NCBI RefSeq assembly: GCF_000142905.1
Contig: NW_013657651.1
Coordinates: 124,001 to 188,000 of the forward strand
Reading direction: 5' to 3'
DNA from: Thecamonas trahens ATCC 50062
Lineage: Eukaryota > Protista > Apusomonadida
DNA: 64,000 bases
Within the stretch, counting starts at the first letter, position 1, and every line of letters begins with the position of its first letter. Both the position numbers and the translations under genes were made by a program. Positions 32,937-43,073 of this stretch are shown one piece after another. The notes below the pieces were generated by a model. The model worked only from the letters and a program-made list of their open reading frames with translations, ran no database searches and had not been told where the DNA came from.

Positions 32937-33394
32937 GGCTTGCCGTGCGAAAAAGGCTGTCAGGCCGATGTGGGAGATGTTCGATAATCACACGCTTCCC
33001 GCCCTCACTACTCACACCCCATGCTTCCACACAGCAGGATAAAGACGTACCAACATCATTGCAGCATTTACACTACAATGTGGCTCTCTAGTAGGTGAGT
33101 ATGCTGTGTGTGTGTGGGCAACAGGAAGAGTAGGCAGATTTCCCGCCCAAAAAGAATGAGCCCCGCCCACTTTTCCCGCCCTTCGAAGGAGGCTCCTCCT
33201 ACCTTGGGGGGGTTTTTGGGCCGGGCCCCCCAAGCCCCTTTTTACAATTTTCCCCCCCCCCCCCCCCCCCCCCCCCCCCCACTAGTGTGCGAGTAGTACA
33301 CTCAAACACGTCGCCACTCTGGATATTGCAGCAGTAGCTTGCGATGGGGTGGGGGCTAGTAGTACAAGCGCAGATCGGGGCCGAGGACAGCATA

Positions 33395-33555
33395 TTTGTC
33401 TCATCTATATAATTATATATTATTAAATATATTAAAACATAATACTACAATGCAAAACACAATATTTATATTTTGCCTTCACAACGCACAATATTTTATA
33501 TAAATGTATTATTTTATGGTTGTTGACGGTCATTTAAGCTGTTTTGTCGCCATAT
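33395..33555. other. Isolated very AT-rich island
   Basis: e.g. ctatataattatatattattaaatatattaaaacataatac; contrasts sharply with the GC-rich surroundings. Confidence 0.9.
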
Positions 33556-33829
33556 TGATGATGCACACCCTGCCACCTGGCAGGACCTCTCTCAGCTCTC
33601 AGCCCTCCAGCCCTCCATCCTCCCCTCTTCTTTTGCAGAGCCCAGCGCGGAGCGATATAGGATGTACATTGTGCTCTCCAAAGCAGCCAGTCTACGATCT
33701 ATTGACTTTCTCTTGACAATCGACAACGCCCTCCTGCTCAGCCGCAGAGGTTTGCGCAAGAGAGCGGATTGCGCCCGAAGGCGAGGGTCCAAGAGCATGG
33801 GAGCACTGTGGAACACAAGTAGTGATGTG

Positions 33830-34951
33830 CTACATGTGGTTACCGGGCGCCCTATCTGCGGCAGCTGACTCTGTCGGCATCAGCACCGAAGAAACGTCGG
33901 GGATGACACCCCCGGACGCTATCGTCACCGACTCCAGAAGCTTGTTCAGCTCTTTGTCGTCCCGGATGGCCACCTGCAGGTGCCGCGGCACGATGCGCTC
34001 TTGGCTGTTGTCTCTGGCGGCAATGCTAGCCAGTTCGAGGAGCTCGGCCATGACATACTCAATCACTGCTGCAAGATAGACTGGCGCCCCGCTCCCAATC
34101 CGCGCTGCATACTGTCCCTGCCGCAGCATGCGGTGCGTCCGCCCGACGGGAAAGATGAGTCCAGCTCGCTTCGACCGCGCTACCGCTGGTGCATCCATCT
34201 TCCCACTGGGACCCACGAATGCATCCGCTCCTCCGTCAGCGCCGCAATCGTTTGCGCCCTCGTTGGCATTGTCACGTTTGCCGCCGCCTCCACCCGCTTC
34301 AAGCGCCGCCCGGATCCCGCCCACCTCTCGCGTCTTCCACGCCCTGCTCAACACCACAGTCACCTCAGGAACCGAAAAGTCGGGATGAAGCTCGTTGATC
34401 CGTGGGCGCATCCACTTGGAGAACGCGGCCCAGGCATCCGAGAGCGACAGCTCGGCCACCATTGCGAGCACCTCGGCCTCGAGGTCCGCGGTCGATGCCA
34501 CCGCATTCTCCGCCACCGCATCCACCGTATCCACCTCATCTACGCTGTCTCTTGCGCTCTCTGCTTGCTCTGCCTCGCTGCTTGTCGCCTCGCTAGCGTT
34601 TGCAGGCGAGGCGTTACGCGGCTCCGACGAGGTGTACCGCATAATGGCCGTAGTTGCATTCGAGACAGCATGCTTAGCCAGCTCTCCTGGCAGCAGCAGA
34701 CGGACTGCAGTCTGGATCTCGCGCGACGTTATGGTGGCCCTCTTGTTGTACTGCGCGAGCTTGCCAGCTTCTGTGGCGATCGACGCAAACAGGTCGTTGG
34801 CCATCGCGTTGCAAATGGCCATCGCCCCATTCGAAATGCCGGTCTGAGGGCCAACCTGCTTCAGAACCTTGTAGATGTACGACGAGAACACCGCCGCCCT
34901 GTCCTTGGCCCTGCCTCCACACTTTTTGTCCTGGCCCCCATCCATGTTCAT
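33830..34951 (-). CDS. Fused histone H2B - acidic/HMG-box-like linker - histone H2A (doublet histone, about 373 aa)
   Basis: H2B fold [12 protein letters not shown]...[25 protein letters not shown] (34951-34625) and H2A fold [13 protein letters not shown]...[12 protein letters not shown]...[20 protein letters not shown]...GGVIP (about 34180-33830) lie in one stop-free frame. Confidence 0.9.
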   Translation of the reverse strand: MNMDGGQDKKCGGRAKDRAAVFSSYIYKVLKQVGPQTGISNGAMAICNAMANDLFASIATEAGKLAQYNKRATITSREIQTAVRLLLPGELAKHAVSNATTAIMRYTSSEPRNASPANASEATSSEAEQAESARDSVDEVDTVDAVAENAVASTADLEAEVLAMVAELSLSDAWAAFSKWMRPRINELHPDFSVPEVTVVLSRAWKTREVGGIRAALEAGGGGGKRDNANEGANDCGADGGADAFVGPSGKMDAPAVARSKRAGLIFPVGRTHRMLRQGQYAARIGSGAPVYLAAVIEYVMAELLELASIAARDNSQERIVPRHLQVAIRDDKELNKLLESVTIASGGVIPDVSSVLMPTESAAADRAPGNHM

Positions 34952-35090
34952 GTCTGCCGAGTCTTGCCGAGTTGCCCTGTGTCGTGTTGCGCCTCTCTGA
35001 CACGCACCACTTACAGGGAAGAGGCATGCCGGCTGCCCAGTGCCTACTAGCCGCCTGAAAAGGAAAACAAAGGTGCCGACCAGTCTATCA

Positions 35091-35152
35091 GCCGACCAGC
35101 CGACCAGCCGACGAGCCCGACGAGCCCGACCAGCCCGACGAGCCCGAACAGC
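35091..35152. repeat. Tandem 8-9-mer repeat (CCGAC[C/G]AGC), about 7 copies, in the 265-bp divergent spacer between the histone doublet and MED14
   Basis: gccgaccagccgaccagccgacgagcccgacgagcccgaccagcccgacgagcccgaacagcc. Confidence 0.8.
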
Positions 35153-35216
35153 CAACCAACCCCCACACTCCACCCCCCCCCCCACCCCTCCATCCCCCCC
35201 CCTCCCCCCCCCATCC

Positions 35217-38200
35217 ATGTCCACACCCGACCAGCCAGTGGCCCTGGCGGTCCTCGCCACACAGCTGGTCCGGACGGCATACACGGAGCTGACGTCCATC
35301 GTGGCTGGCGTCGCTGCGGCACCCGACGAGGCGCGCAAGCGGGCCCTACAAGCGTACTGCACCCTTGTCCGCCACCGCATGCTCCGCCTCGCCGCCTTGC
35401 TGCAGTGGGCGCATGCCCAGTGCGGGCGCGCAGACACCGACGCCCTTGTCGCCAAGCTCCGCGGGACGCACGCCGCCTTTGAGCGCACCGCCGAGAGCCT
35501 GCACTACGCCGGCATGACCCACCGAGCCCTTCTCGCTCCGCCGCCTCCCGTTGCGCCCGCCTTGGACCTTCTTGCAACAGGCTCGTTCCGCGGCATGCCT
35601 GCCGCCGTTCTCGACGGCTCGCGCCCGCGCCCGCCGCTTGACGTCCAGACCGCCGCCATCGACCTTGTCCACTCGCACGTCACGGCTGCTCTGCTGGACG
35701 AGCCACGCCCGCAGGGTGTCACCGTCGCGCTTGTTGCCGGCGCCCTCGTCATGACCGCTCCTGGCCAGTACATCCTCTCGCTTACTCTCGACGTCTCGCA
35801 CCTCGCCCGGCGTGAGCTCGAGGACGATGCCCCGCCCGCGCCGCCGCGCTCCTGGCTCATCGCCGACCTCGAGCTGGACGTACGGACCCAGAGCTCTGAG
35901 GGCTCACTTGCGCGCGTCCGCCTTGACCCACACCAGCACGAGATCCTCAAGGGCCATGTCTTTACGGCCATGGCCTCCGCACCTGCCCCGCTCCTTGCCG
36001 CCCACGACCTCCTCGGCCGGCTCTGCCTCCATCTCCGCATCGACGTCCTCTTTGCCCAGGCCGGGGCCCTCCGCATGCTCTGGTGGGGCTCCTCGGTCGC
36101 ACCCATCCGCGCCGACGAGGGCTTTGTCACTGCCTACTGGGCTTTGTCGGCAAAGACCAAGCTTGTCATCCGTCCGCAGGCCTCCAAGCTCATGGCCCGC
36201 TTCGACCCGCCCATTCCGGCCGCCCGCCCGGCCCTTGACGCCGCCATCTCCCACATTGATGTCTTCAACGCTTCCTTTGAGGCACTTCTCATCTCGGCCA
36301 TCAACATTCATGTTTCCCATGTTCTCGACGCTGCCGGAGCCGCTCTTCGCGCCCGCGCCGGTGTCGCTGCAACTGCCACCAGCAGCCTCAGCTTTGTTGT
36401 CCGCGCCCGCGTTGTCTCGCGGACCGACCTGCTTCAATCCGGCCTCTCTTCGGCCCGCATGGTCCTGCACTGGGACCCGATGCTGGCGCCGGGCGGCATG
36501 CTGGAGCTCGCCGTCCGCCTGGTCGACGGCGCCTTTGTGGCTTCGGACTCGCTCTCGGTCAGCAACGCCCGCGTCCGCGACCTCGTCGCAGCTCTGCCAG
36601 CGCTCCACGAGCTTGGCACGTGCCCGGTCGATTCTGCCCCGGTCCTTGCCGCCGTCCGTGCCCTCGAGTCGGGCCTCGCCATTGATGCCGTCGCTGCCGC
36701 CGCCACCACTGCCGGACTCATTGTCGAGTCGGCGCCGTGGCCTTCAGCCGCGCCGGCCGTCGTCACCCAGCTCCTCAGCGACCACGACACTATCCTCTTT
36801 TGCCGCCTCCCGCAGCATTCGCACCTTGCGTACATCGTCCTTGCCCTCGACGGGACCTCGTTTGCCAAGTTCTGGCTCTTGGTAGTTGATCACAGCACAG
36901 ACGCCGCTACACTCCCGGTCATCTCTTTTGGCCCGCTGCCGAGAGATGCGCTCGACATGGCCCGCGCCGCGCTCACCCCCGCCGTCACCCGCCTGGGCCG
37001 TGGCGGTCCGGCCTCGCCGGCCACTCCCGGCAAGCGCCCAAGCGCCCACGGCCCTGCGCTCTCGCCGTACTCGGCCAAGCGCCGCAAGCGGCTTGACGCC
37101 TCTCCGGCCTCGATTGGATCGGAGACCACGCCGCAAGCCCAGGCTCCTCCTGTCGCCAAAGGCCCCGTCCCAATGGACGTCGTCACGCCGGCCCGGCCGG
37201 TGGCCAAGCCGTCGTCTGAGCCGGCGTCACTCCTTGCTCGGGCCGTCGACGCCCTCCCGCACCAGGACCTTGTGGCCTTTTTCGCTGCTCTCCTCACCCA
37301 AGTTTCACGCTGCGTCCACGACCGCGTCCTCGACTACCTCCTCAAGCAGCAGCAGGTGCTTGTCAAGGAGTGCTCCGACGGCTTTATCCTCCACATCAAC
37401 TGCGGCTCGCTGCCGGCCACCTCGATTGTCCTTCGCCTCGCGCCGTCGGGTGCCTCGTGGTCGGTGGTCGTCGCCCTCGCCAACGCCCCGTTTGATGTTG
37501 TTCTCCCTGACGGGCCCTCGCTCGATCTCCCACACATCAAGACCTCGCCGTCGGGCAAAACCATCTTGCTTGACTATGTCAACGGGCCGTCGTCGGTCTC
37601 TAGCCTCCTCGCTGACCTCAAGGGCATCATCCGGCTAGCCGAGCTCTCAACCCAGGTCGCGCCGCTGCTTTCCAACGCGGCAGACCTTGCCTCCCACTTT
37701 ACCGTCTTTGCCCACACCTACTCGTGTCTCTGCCTCAAGGTCGCCCGTGAGCTGTATCCGGTGCCCGGCGGGAGCCCACAGTCGGCGCTCTATGTCGTCA
37801 TCTCGCTTGACATTTCTGGCTTTGGCCTCTCGTTTGAGCCGCCGTCTCCGATCCTGGAGGCTTTTGTCCCGTTTTACACCGCGCTCCTCAACCGGCAGCG
37901 TGCGCTGGACGTTCTGCTCTCGACCCTCGCTCGCGCACTTCCCATCCTCGCCCAGCTCCAGGCCCTCCGCGCAAGCCTCCCGCGCGTCACCCTCGTCCCG
38001 CGCTCATGCACCTCGGCGAGGCTCATCTTCCCGGCGTCGACTGCCAACGCCACTTCCGCCGCCCCGGCGCTAGACTTGCGGTTCTGCCCGGGCGGCCGCC
38101 TCTTCCTCTCCGACGGCGCCATCTCCATCTTTGACCCAGCGGATGCCGCGCCCGCCCTTCCACCGCCACCACCGCCTCCAGTCAAACCTGTAGTCTCTGC

Positions 38201-39221
38201 GCTCATTGCGCACGCCACAAGCATCGCAAGCGCGCCCGCGGCTCCCGCCGCCTACGCCGCCTACAGCAGCGCTGATGGCGGCGCAAGCGCGGAAGGCGAC
38301 CGCTCAGGCTCGCGCGCCCGCCTGCCTCTCTTCGACACCGTGCTCAAGAACGCAGCCGCTGGCGGACGCACTCCACAGGCGGCGCCGCGCACCTCGGGCG
38401 ACGACCTCGCCAATGGTCTCGACGATAGCAACCTCGCCCACCGCATTGTTCCTGTCGACGCTTTGTCGGCGACGTGCAAGGCTTTGGTGACAGCTTCCGG
38501 CGCTCACAACACGCTCCAAGCCCTCGCTCGAGGCCTTGGCCTTGAGCGCGACGCCGAGACCGGCGCATCGGTTGCCCTCGTCTACACTCACGGCTCGCTC
38601 ACCGCCAAGTTTGCGCTCAGCTCCTCAGGCAGCATTGGTGTCACCGCCTCGCATCCGCTCCTCACCGGCAGTGCGACAACAACCATGTCCCAACTGTTTG
38701 CCATCGGCATGGCTGGCGCCGGAACCTCAACACACGACATCGTCTTCCTCGCCCGCTCTTTTGCTGCTCTTGCAGGCCTCGAGTCGGAGCAGCTCACCGA
38801 GTTGCTGGTCGGCGTCGGCGAGCTGGCCACACTCACAAAGACCGCTCCGGAAGACCTTACCCTCTTGCTGAATCGACCGGCAAGCCTCCCGCAAGCATAC
38901 GCTCCGGCATTTTGGGTCAACCCCAAGGCGCAGACCATGTCATTCATTCTCGGCGAGGTCTCGCGCCCGCTCCGCGCCCTTCCGCTCACCATCCGAGTCG
39001 ACAAAGACAGCAACAGCTCGTCGATCGGCCTTTGGATCCCGCCCGCGGCCGCGTCCCAGATTGCGGCGACGCCACGCTTGACCAAGCTCCTAGACCAAGT
39101 CGCAAGCACAGCCCGCGGCTCGTCATCGACCTGGATCCGTGCCTGCCTTGCCAACGTCTCCCTCCAGTGGCGTGCGCTCGGTGACGAGATGGAGATTGTG
39201 TGGGAGGCGGAAAGCAACTAA
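35217..39221 (+). CDS. MED14: Mediator subunit MED14 (RGR1)
   Basis: N-terminal MED14 signature: [16 protein letters not shown]...DEARKRAL...[15 protein letters not shown], then [16 protein letters not shown] at 35217 follows a C-rich leader. Confidence 0.8.
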   Translation: MSTPDQPVALAVLATQLVRTAYTELTSIVAGVAAAPDEARKRALQAYCTLVRHRMLRLAALLQWAHAQCGRADTDALVAKLRGTHAAFERTAESLHYAGMTHRALLAPPPPVAPALDLLATGSFRGMPAAVLDGSRPRPPLDVQTAAIDLVHSHVTAALLDEPRPQGVTVALVAGALVMTAPGQYILSLTLDVSHLARRELEDDAPPAPPRSWLIADLELDVRTQSSEGSLARVRLDPHQHEILKGHVFTAMASAPAPLLAAHDLLGRLCLHLRIDVLFAQAGALRMLWWGSSVAPIRADEGFVTAYWALSAKTKLVIRPQASKLMARFDPPIPAARPALDAAISHIDVFNASFEALLISAINIHVSHVLDAAGAALRARAGVAATATSSLSFVVRARVVSRTDLLQSGLSSARMVLHWDPMLAPGGMLELAVRLVDGAFVASDSLSVSNARVRDLVAALPALHELGTCPVDSAPVLAAVRALESGLAIDAVAAAATTAGLIVESAPWPSAAPAVVTQLLSDHDTILFCRLPQHSHLAYIVLALDGTSFAKFWLLVVDHSTDAATLPVISFGPLPRDALDMARAALTPAVTRLGRGGPASPATPGKRPSAHGPALSPYSAKRRKRLDASPASIGSETTPQAQAPPVAKGPVPMDVVTPARPVAKPSSEPASLLARAVDALPHQDLVAFFAALLTQVSRCVHDRVLDYLLKQQQVLVKECSDGFILHINCGSLPATSIVLRLAPSGASWSVVVALANAPFDVVLPDGPSLDLPHIKTSPSGKTILLDYVNGPSSVSSLLADLKGIIRLAELSTQVAPLLSNAADLASHFTVFAHTYSCLCLKVARELYPVPGGSPQSALYVVISLDISGFGLSFEPPSPILEAFVPFYTALLNRQRALDVLLSTLARALPILAQLQALRASLPRVTLVPRSCTSARLIFPASTANATSAAPALDLRFCPGGRLFLSDGAISIFDPADAAPALPPPPPPPVKPVVSALIAHATSIASAPAAPAAYAAYSSADGGASAEGDRSGSRARLPLFDTVLKNAAAGGRTPQAAPRTSGDDLANGLDDSNLAHRIVPVDALSATCKALVTASGAHNTLQALARGLGLERDAETGASVALVYTHGSLTAKFALSSSGSIGVTASHPLLTGSATTTMSQLFAIGMAGAGTSTHDIVFLARSFAALAGLESEQLTELLVGVGELATLTKTAPEDLTLLLNRPASLPQAYAPAFWVNPKAQTMSFILGEVSRPLRALPLTIRVDKDSNSSSIGLWIPPAAASQIAATPRLTKLLDQVASTARGSSSTWIRACLANVSLQWRALGDEMEIVWEAESN

Positions 39222-39288
39222 AGCACAGCTCGCGTCCCATCGCAAAAATGCATCCTCCCGGCCTGAATCCACATTTATTGACACGCAC

Positions 39289-41427
39289 TCATTGTGGGTG
39301 CTTGTGGAGGTCGTCGTCATCGTCGTCGTCGTCGTCATCGTCGTCGTCGTCGTCATCGTACTCGTCGTACTCTTCAAAGTCCTCTGAAAACCCAGCCGAG
39401 TCGATGCTTTCAAGTGCCCGCGCGCCAGCAGCGCGAGCGTCGTCATGCGACTTGCGGGTGAGTTCCGGGCCCGACGGCGGGGCGGGATCCGGCGGGCGGT
39501 TGTTGCGGCGCTGGGCCGTCAGCTGGGCTCCGCGCTCCGACGAGCGGGCAATTTCTTCGGTGACCTCGGCCTTGAAGAACACACGCAACTCGTCGATCCG
39601 GGCCATGGGCATGCCCTTGAGCCACGACTTGGCAAACATAGTCCGGCACACATCGTCGCAGTCGTACAGGAGCGAGCGCGGGCGCTTAGACAGCATGGTG
39701 TAGCCATCAACAAAGTCGGTGATGGCAAGAAACTCGCGCGAGAGAAGCTTGCAGATGGCAAGGCCGGCGCGGAACATGATCTTGGGCCCCTCGCAGAAGA
39801 AGCAGTCCCAGATCCGGAGCGTGGTCTCCATCGGTAGCACGTTAATGTAGAGGCAGAGGAGCCACTGTGCAAACATCGGCGTCATGTCGATGCTGAGCGC
39901 GATGAGGTGGGCATGGAAGCGCGGAAGCTTTTCGGCGACGAGCGTGAGGAGAACCCGCTGGTCGATCTGGAACTGGAGCATGTCCGGCGTGTGGTAGTCG
40001 GGGAGTAAAACGTCGACGATGGTGACCAGCGTCCAGAACGCTTGCTCCTCGTCCATGTGCAGGAGAAGAAGGGCAGTGATAAAGTTGAGCGACTGGCAGT
40101 ACCCAACCCGCGGGTTGAGCCAAGAGAAGGCAACCAGGACTCGCCGCAGCGCATCAAGTTCCGTCGCCCGGTTGAAGATGACCGAGTCTGGAAAGGTCCG
40201 GCGGACGTCGAGCTCAATCTGGATGGTATGCCCTGAAGTCTGGCCCTGGGTCAGCTCAAGGATGCGCGCGTACATGCCCGGGTTATCTGCAAGCTTGGCG
40301 CCAGCGCCCGACATGGCCAACCACATCCTTCCGCGGAGCAGCGACGGAATGCCGCCGCGGACAAGTTTCTTGAAGGTTTTGGCGTTGGGCGCCGTCTCCA
40401 GTGAGACTACCGTTGGGTCGGGAAGCGAAGCGAGATACTTGGCCCACCGCTTCCGCTGCTTGACCACCTTGGTCTCGTGGTACCGCAGCATGTACGTGTA
40501 CTCATCTTCCCCGATCTCGAACCCGTACTCGGAGATGTACATGTCGTCACCTACCACAAAGTCAAAGTCTTCGTTTCCGCGAGCCACAGCGCTGTCGTCG
40601 CTTCCCGAGCCTTCTGTGGCAGGCGACGCCGTCAGCGTTTGCGGGTTGCGGACGTGAGCACCCGGTGCTGCCAGCGGACTGCTTGCTGCCCGCGAGCGTG
40701 CTACCACCCGCGGCCCAGCCGGCCGCGTCCGCAGCGCCTCACTCCGCACCGCACGAGTAACAACAGCCTCCAGCCGTGATAGCAGGTCCATCATCTCTTC
40801 GACCGAGCCTCGTCCGCCAACATCCGGCGGCACTAGCGTGCTTCGGGCCCGCGCCAGCTCGGGTGCAAGCCCAGCCACATCCATGGCCCAAGCATCTAGC
40901 GCTCCGACGAGCGGAGCGGTGGCGGCCTCAACGACATCGTGCCCAGTGCCATCGCCTAGCGCACACTTGGCCTCCCGCAGCGCATGGAGCGCGTCCGAGC
41001 CGCGCCGGACTCCGCCTTGATACGCGTCCTCTAGCGCCGCCACCGCTGCTGCCGCCACCGTCCGTGCACTCGCGGCCTCGGCGCTCAGCTCTGCCAACGA
41101 CACCCGCAGCCGAGCAAACGCCCATGCCACGTCCTCCACATCGCCTGCGCTGTCCCCAGCCCTGGCGACAGCCTCCTCCCCGACCCCGGGTTCAGTGACC
41201 GCGCCCTTGACCCCTGCAGCATCAGCATCAGCATCAGCGCCTTTGCCCATCCCAACAGCATCTCCAGCTCCCACTCCCTCCGCAATCACTGCATCCTCCA
41301 CCAGCTCCTTGCCAGCCGCAGCCTCGGCGGCGTATGCTTGCTCGCCCACCGCGGACACGTGCGACGGCGACGGCGACCGCGGCGGGGTCGGCGGGAGCGG
41401 TCTGTTTGGCGGCGTCCGTCCACTCAT
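39289..41427 (-). CDS. TBC-domain Rab GTPase-activating protein
   Basis: KLVRGGIPSLLRGRMW, IELDVRRTF (Arg finger), VGYCQSLNF (Gln finger), TLRIWDCFFCEG, and a poly-Asp tail. Confidence 0.93.
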   Translation of the reverse strand: MSGRTPPNRPLPPTPPRSPSPSHVSAVGEQAYAAEAAAGKELVEDAVIAEGVGAGDAVGMGKGADADADAAGVKGAVTEPGVGEEAVARAGDSAGDVEDVAWAFARLRVSLAELSAEAASARTVAAAAVAALEDAYQGGVRRGSDALHALREAKCALGDGTGHDVVEAATAPLVGALDAWAMDVAGLAPELARARSTLVPPDVGGRGSVEEMMDLLSRLEAVVTRAVRSEALRTRPAGPRVVARSRAASSPLAAPGAHVRNPQTLTASPATEGSGSDDSAVARGNEDFDFVVGDDMYISEYGFEIGEDEYTYMLRYHETKVVKQRKRWAKYLASLPDPTVVSLETAPNAKTFKKLVRGGIPSLLRGRMWLAMSGAGAKLADNPGMYARILELTQGQTSGHTIQIELDVRRTFPDSVIFNRATELDALRRVLVAFSWLNPRVGYCQSLNFITALLLLHMDEEQAFWTLVTIVDVLLPDYHTPDMLQFQIDQRVLLTLVAEKLPRFHAHLIALSIDMTPMFAQWLLCLYINVLPMETTLRIWDCFFCEGPKIMFRAGLAICKLLSREFLAITDFVDGYTMLSKRPRSLLYDCDDVCRTMFAKSWLKGMPMARIDELRVFFKAEVTEEIARSSERGAQLTAQRRNNRPPDPAPPSGPELTRKSHDDARAAGARALESIDSAGFSEDFEEYDEYDDDDDDDDDDDDDDDDLHKHPQ

Positions 41428-41548
41428 GTTCCGTGCCGTGGTCTTGTATTCGGCCCTTACTCCACACCCTACACTGCCTTGCCCGTACTCGGGTGCTGGC
41501 TGGCTGGAGACAAGGCTGACCGCCTACCCTCCCTCCCTCCCCCCCCGA

Positions 41549-42043
41549 NNNNNNNNNNNNNNNNNNNNNNNNNNNNNNNNNNNNNNNNNNNNNNNNNNNN
41601 NNNNNNNNNNNNNNNNNNNNNNNNNNNNNNNNNNNNNNNNNNNNNNNNNNNNNNNNNNNNNNNNNNNNNNNNNNNNNNNNNNNNNNNNNNNNNNNNNNNN
41701 NNNNNNNNNNNNNNNNNNNNNNNNNNNNNNNNNNNNNNNNNNNNNNNNNNNNNNNNNNNNNNNNNNNNNNNNNNNNNNNNNNNNNNNNNNNNNNNNNNNN
41801 NNNNNNNNNNNNNNNNNNNNNNNNNNNNNNNNNNNNNNNNNNNNNNNNNNNNNNNNNNNNNNNNNNNNNNNNNNNNNNNNNNNNNNNNNNNNNNNNNNNN
41901 NNNNNNNNNNNNNNNNNNNNNNNNNNNNNNNNNNNNNNNNNNNNNNNNNNNNNNNNNNNNNNNNNNNNNNNNNNNNNNNNNNNNNNNNNNNNNNNNNNNN
42001 NNNNNNNNNNNNNNNNNNNNNNNNNNNNNNNNNNNNNNNNNNN
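41549..42043. other. Assembly gap
   Basis: Run of N. Confidence 1.
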
Positions 42044-42172
42044 TCCTCCTCCTCCTCCTCCTCTCCCTCCTCCTCCTTCCTCCTCCTCCTCCTCCTCCTC
42101 CTCCTCCTCCCTCCCTCCCCCCCCCCCCCCCCACTGCGGCGCAACCGCTCCGAGCCGCGTGGGCTCTATGCC

Positions 42173-43036
42173 ATGGACTCGTACACGCCGTCCGAGGCCC
42201 TGGCCCTGCCGCTTGTGGGTGTGGTGCCCGGGGCCGTGCCGGAGCCGCTCACCTCTCCGCTGGCCCATGCCGTGCTGCCTGCAGACCGGCCGGGCGTGCG
42301 CCAGCTGTTGGTCAAGGAGCGCGAGATGCGGTCGAAGCGCCGGATGTTTCACGTCAAGGTCGGCCTCATCGCCTGCATGCTGCTTGTGGTCGTCAAGGTC
42401 TACAGCGACATGCGCGCCGCGTCGGCTCCCGCGGCCTCTCCGCGCGTCCCGCCGCGCCCGCGGACCATCCAGTGGGGCCCAGCGCCCGAGTCGGACCGCC
42501 ACGCGCTGCCCGATGCTGCGCAGCTTCGCACTTGTCGCAACACCCGCCAAGGCCGCGACTACGTCACCGACGATCGTGGCGTTGTCTGCCGCCGCGCCGA
42601 GCTCGACCCCGAGCGCCCCGGCTGCTGCCGCGCCCACAACGTCACGGCCACCGCAGCTTGCGCCTCCTGTCTTCCCGACGCCTCGTGCTGCGCCACTTTC
42701 GAGCACTGCGTCGCATGCTGTCTGCTCCCGGACTCGCTCGCCTACCTGCGATCTGTGCTCGAGACTGCAGACGGCCACCCGCCGCGGCTGGCACGCCAGG
42801 GCGCCCACACCCCGACTGTCCCCAAGCTCACCCACGTCTCCGACTCTTTTGAGCTCTGCCTCACGCTCTGCCGCACATCTTCGTCGTCTATTCTCCACGA
42901 GAACCGCTACACCTCGGTCCACAAGCACTGCTACCAGCTTGGCGCCCCGGTGGTCGATGACTCGGTTGAGCACTACCACGCCAAGGGTGCCGATGCGCCG
43001 GCGCCAGCGCCGGCTGCCGCTGATGATCCGAGCTGA
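42173..43036 (+). CDS. SPRING1: SPRING1/C12orf49 (UPF0454) type II membrane Cys-rich protein
   Basis: A TM helix followed by TCRNTRQG..TDDRGVVC..GCC, CCATFEHCVACCL and FELCLTLCRTSSSSILHENRY...HCY. Confidence 0.88.
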   Translation: MDSYTPSEALALPLVGVVPGAVPEPLTSPLAHAVLPADRPGVRQLLVKEREMRSKRRMFHVKVGLIACMLLVVVKVYSDMRAASAPAASPRVPPRPRTIQWGPAPESDRHALPDAAQLRTCRNTRQGRDYVTDDRGVVCRRAELDPERPGCCRAHNVTATAACASCLPDASCCATFEHCVACCLLPDSLAYLRSVLETADGHPPRLARQGAHTPTVPKLTHVSDSFELCLTLCRTSSSSILHENRYTSVHKHCYQLGAPVVDDSVEHYHAKGADAPAPAPAAADDPS

Positions 43037-43073
43037 GCTTCCCCTCCACACCCACACACCGCACTGTGCTGCG

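Noticed and set aside
33120-33280. Short homopolymer-rich stretch as a structured element or terminal inverted repeat
   Set aside because: It looks like low-quality read sequence next to a long C run. I found no matching second end, TSD or transposase.
33592-33842. Extra 3' exon or replication-dependent histone stem-loop after the doublet histone
   Set aside because: A GTAACC...CACAG 38-nt intron is possible but adds only a motif-less peptide, and no GGCTCTTTTCAGAGCC-type hairpin is present on the sense strand.
32937-35216. Endogenous giant-virus insertion around the doublet histone
   Set aside because: No viral hallmark genes or repeat boundaries are visible, the flanks are ordinary eukaryotic genes, and the gene is GC-rich like the host. 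Viral origin of the single gene remains open.
34952-35488. 179-aa N-terminal extension of the histone ORF (track start 35488)
   Set aside because: It is the antisense of MED14 and its promoter repeats. The plausible ATG is 34951.
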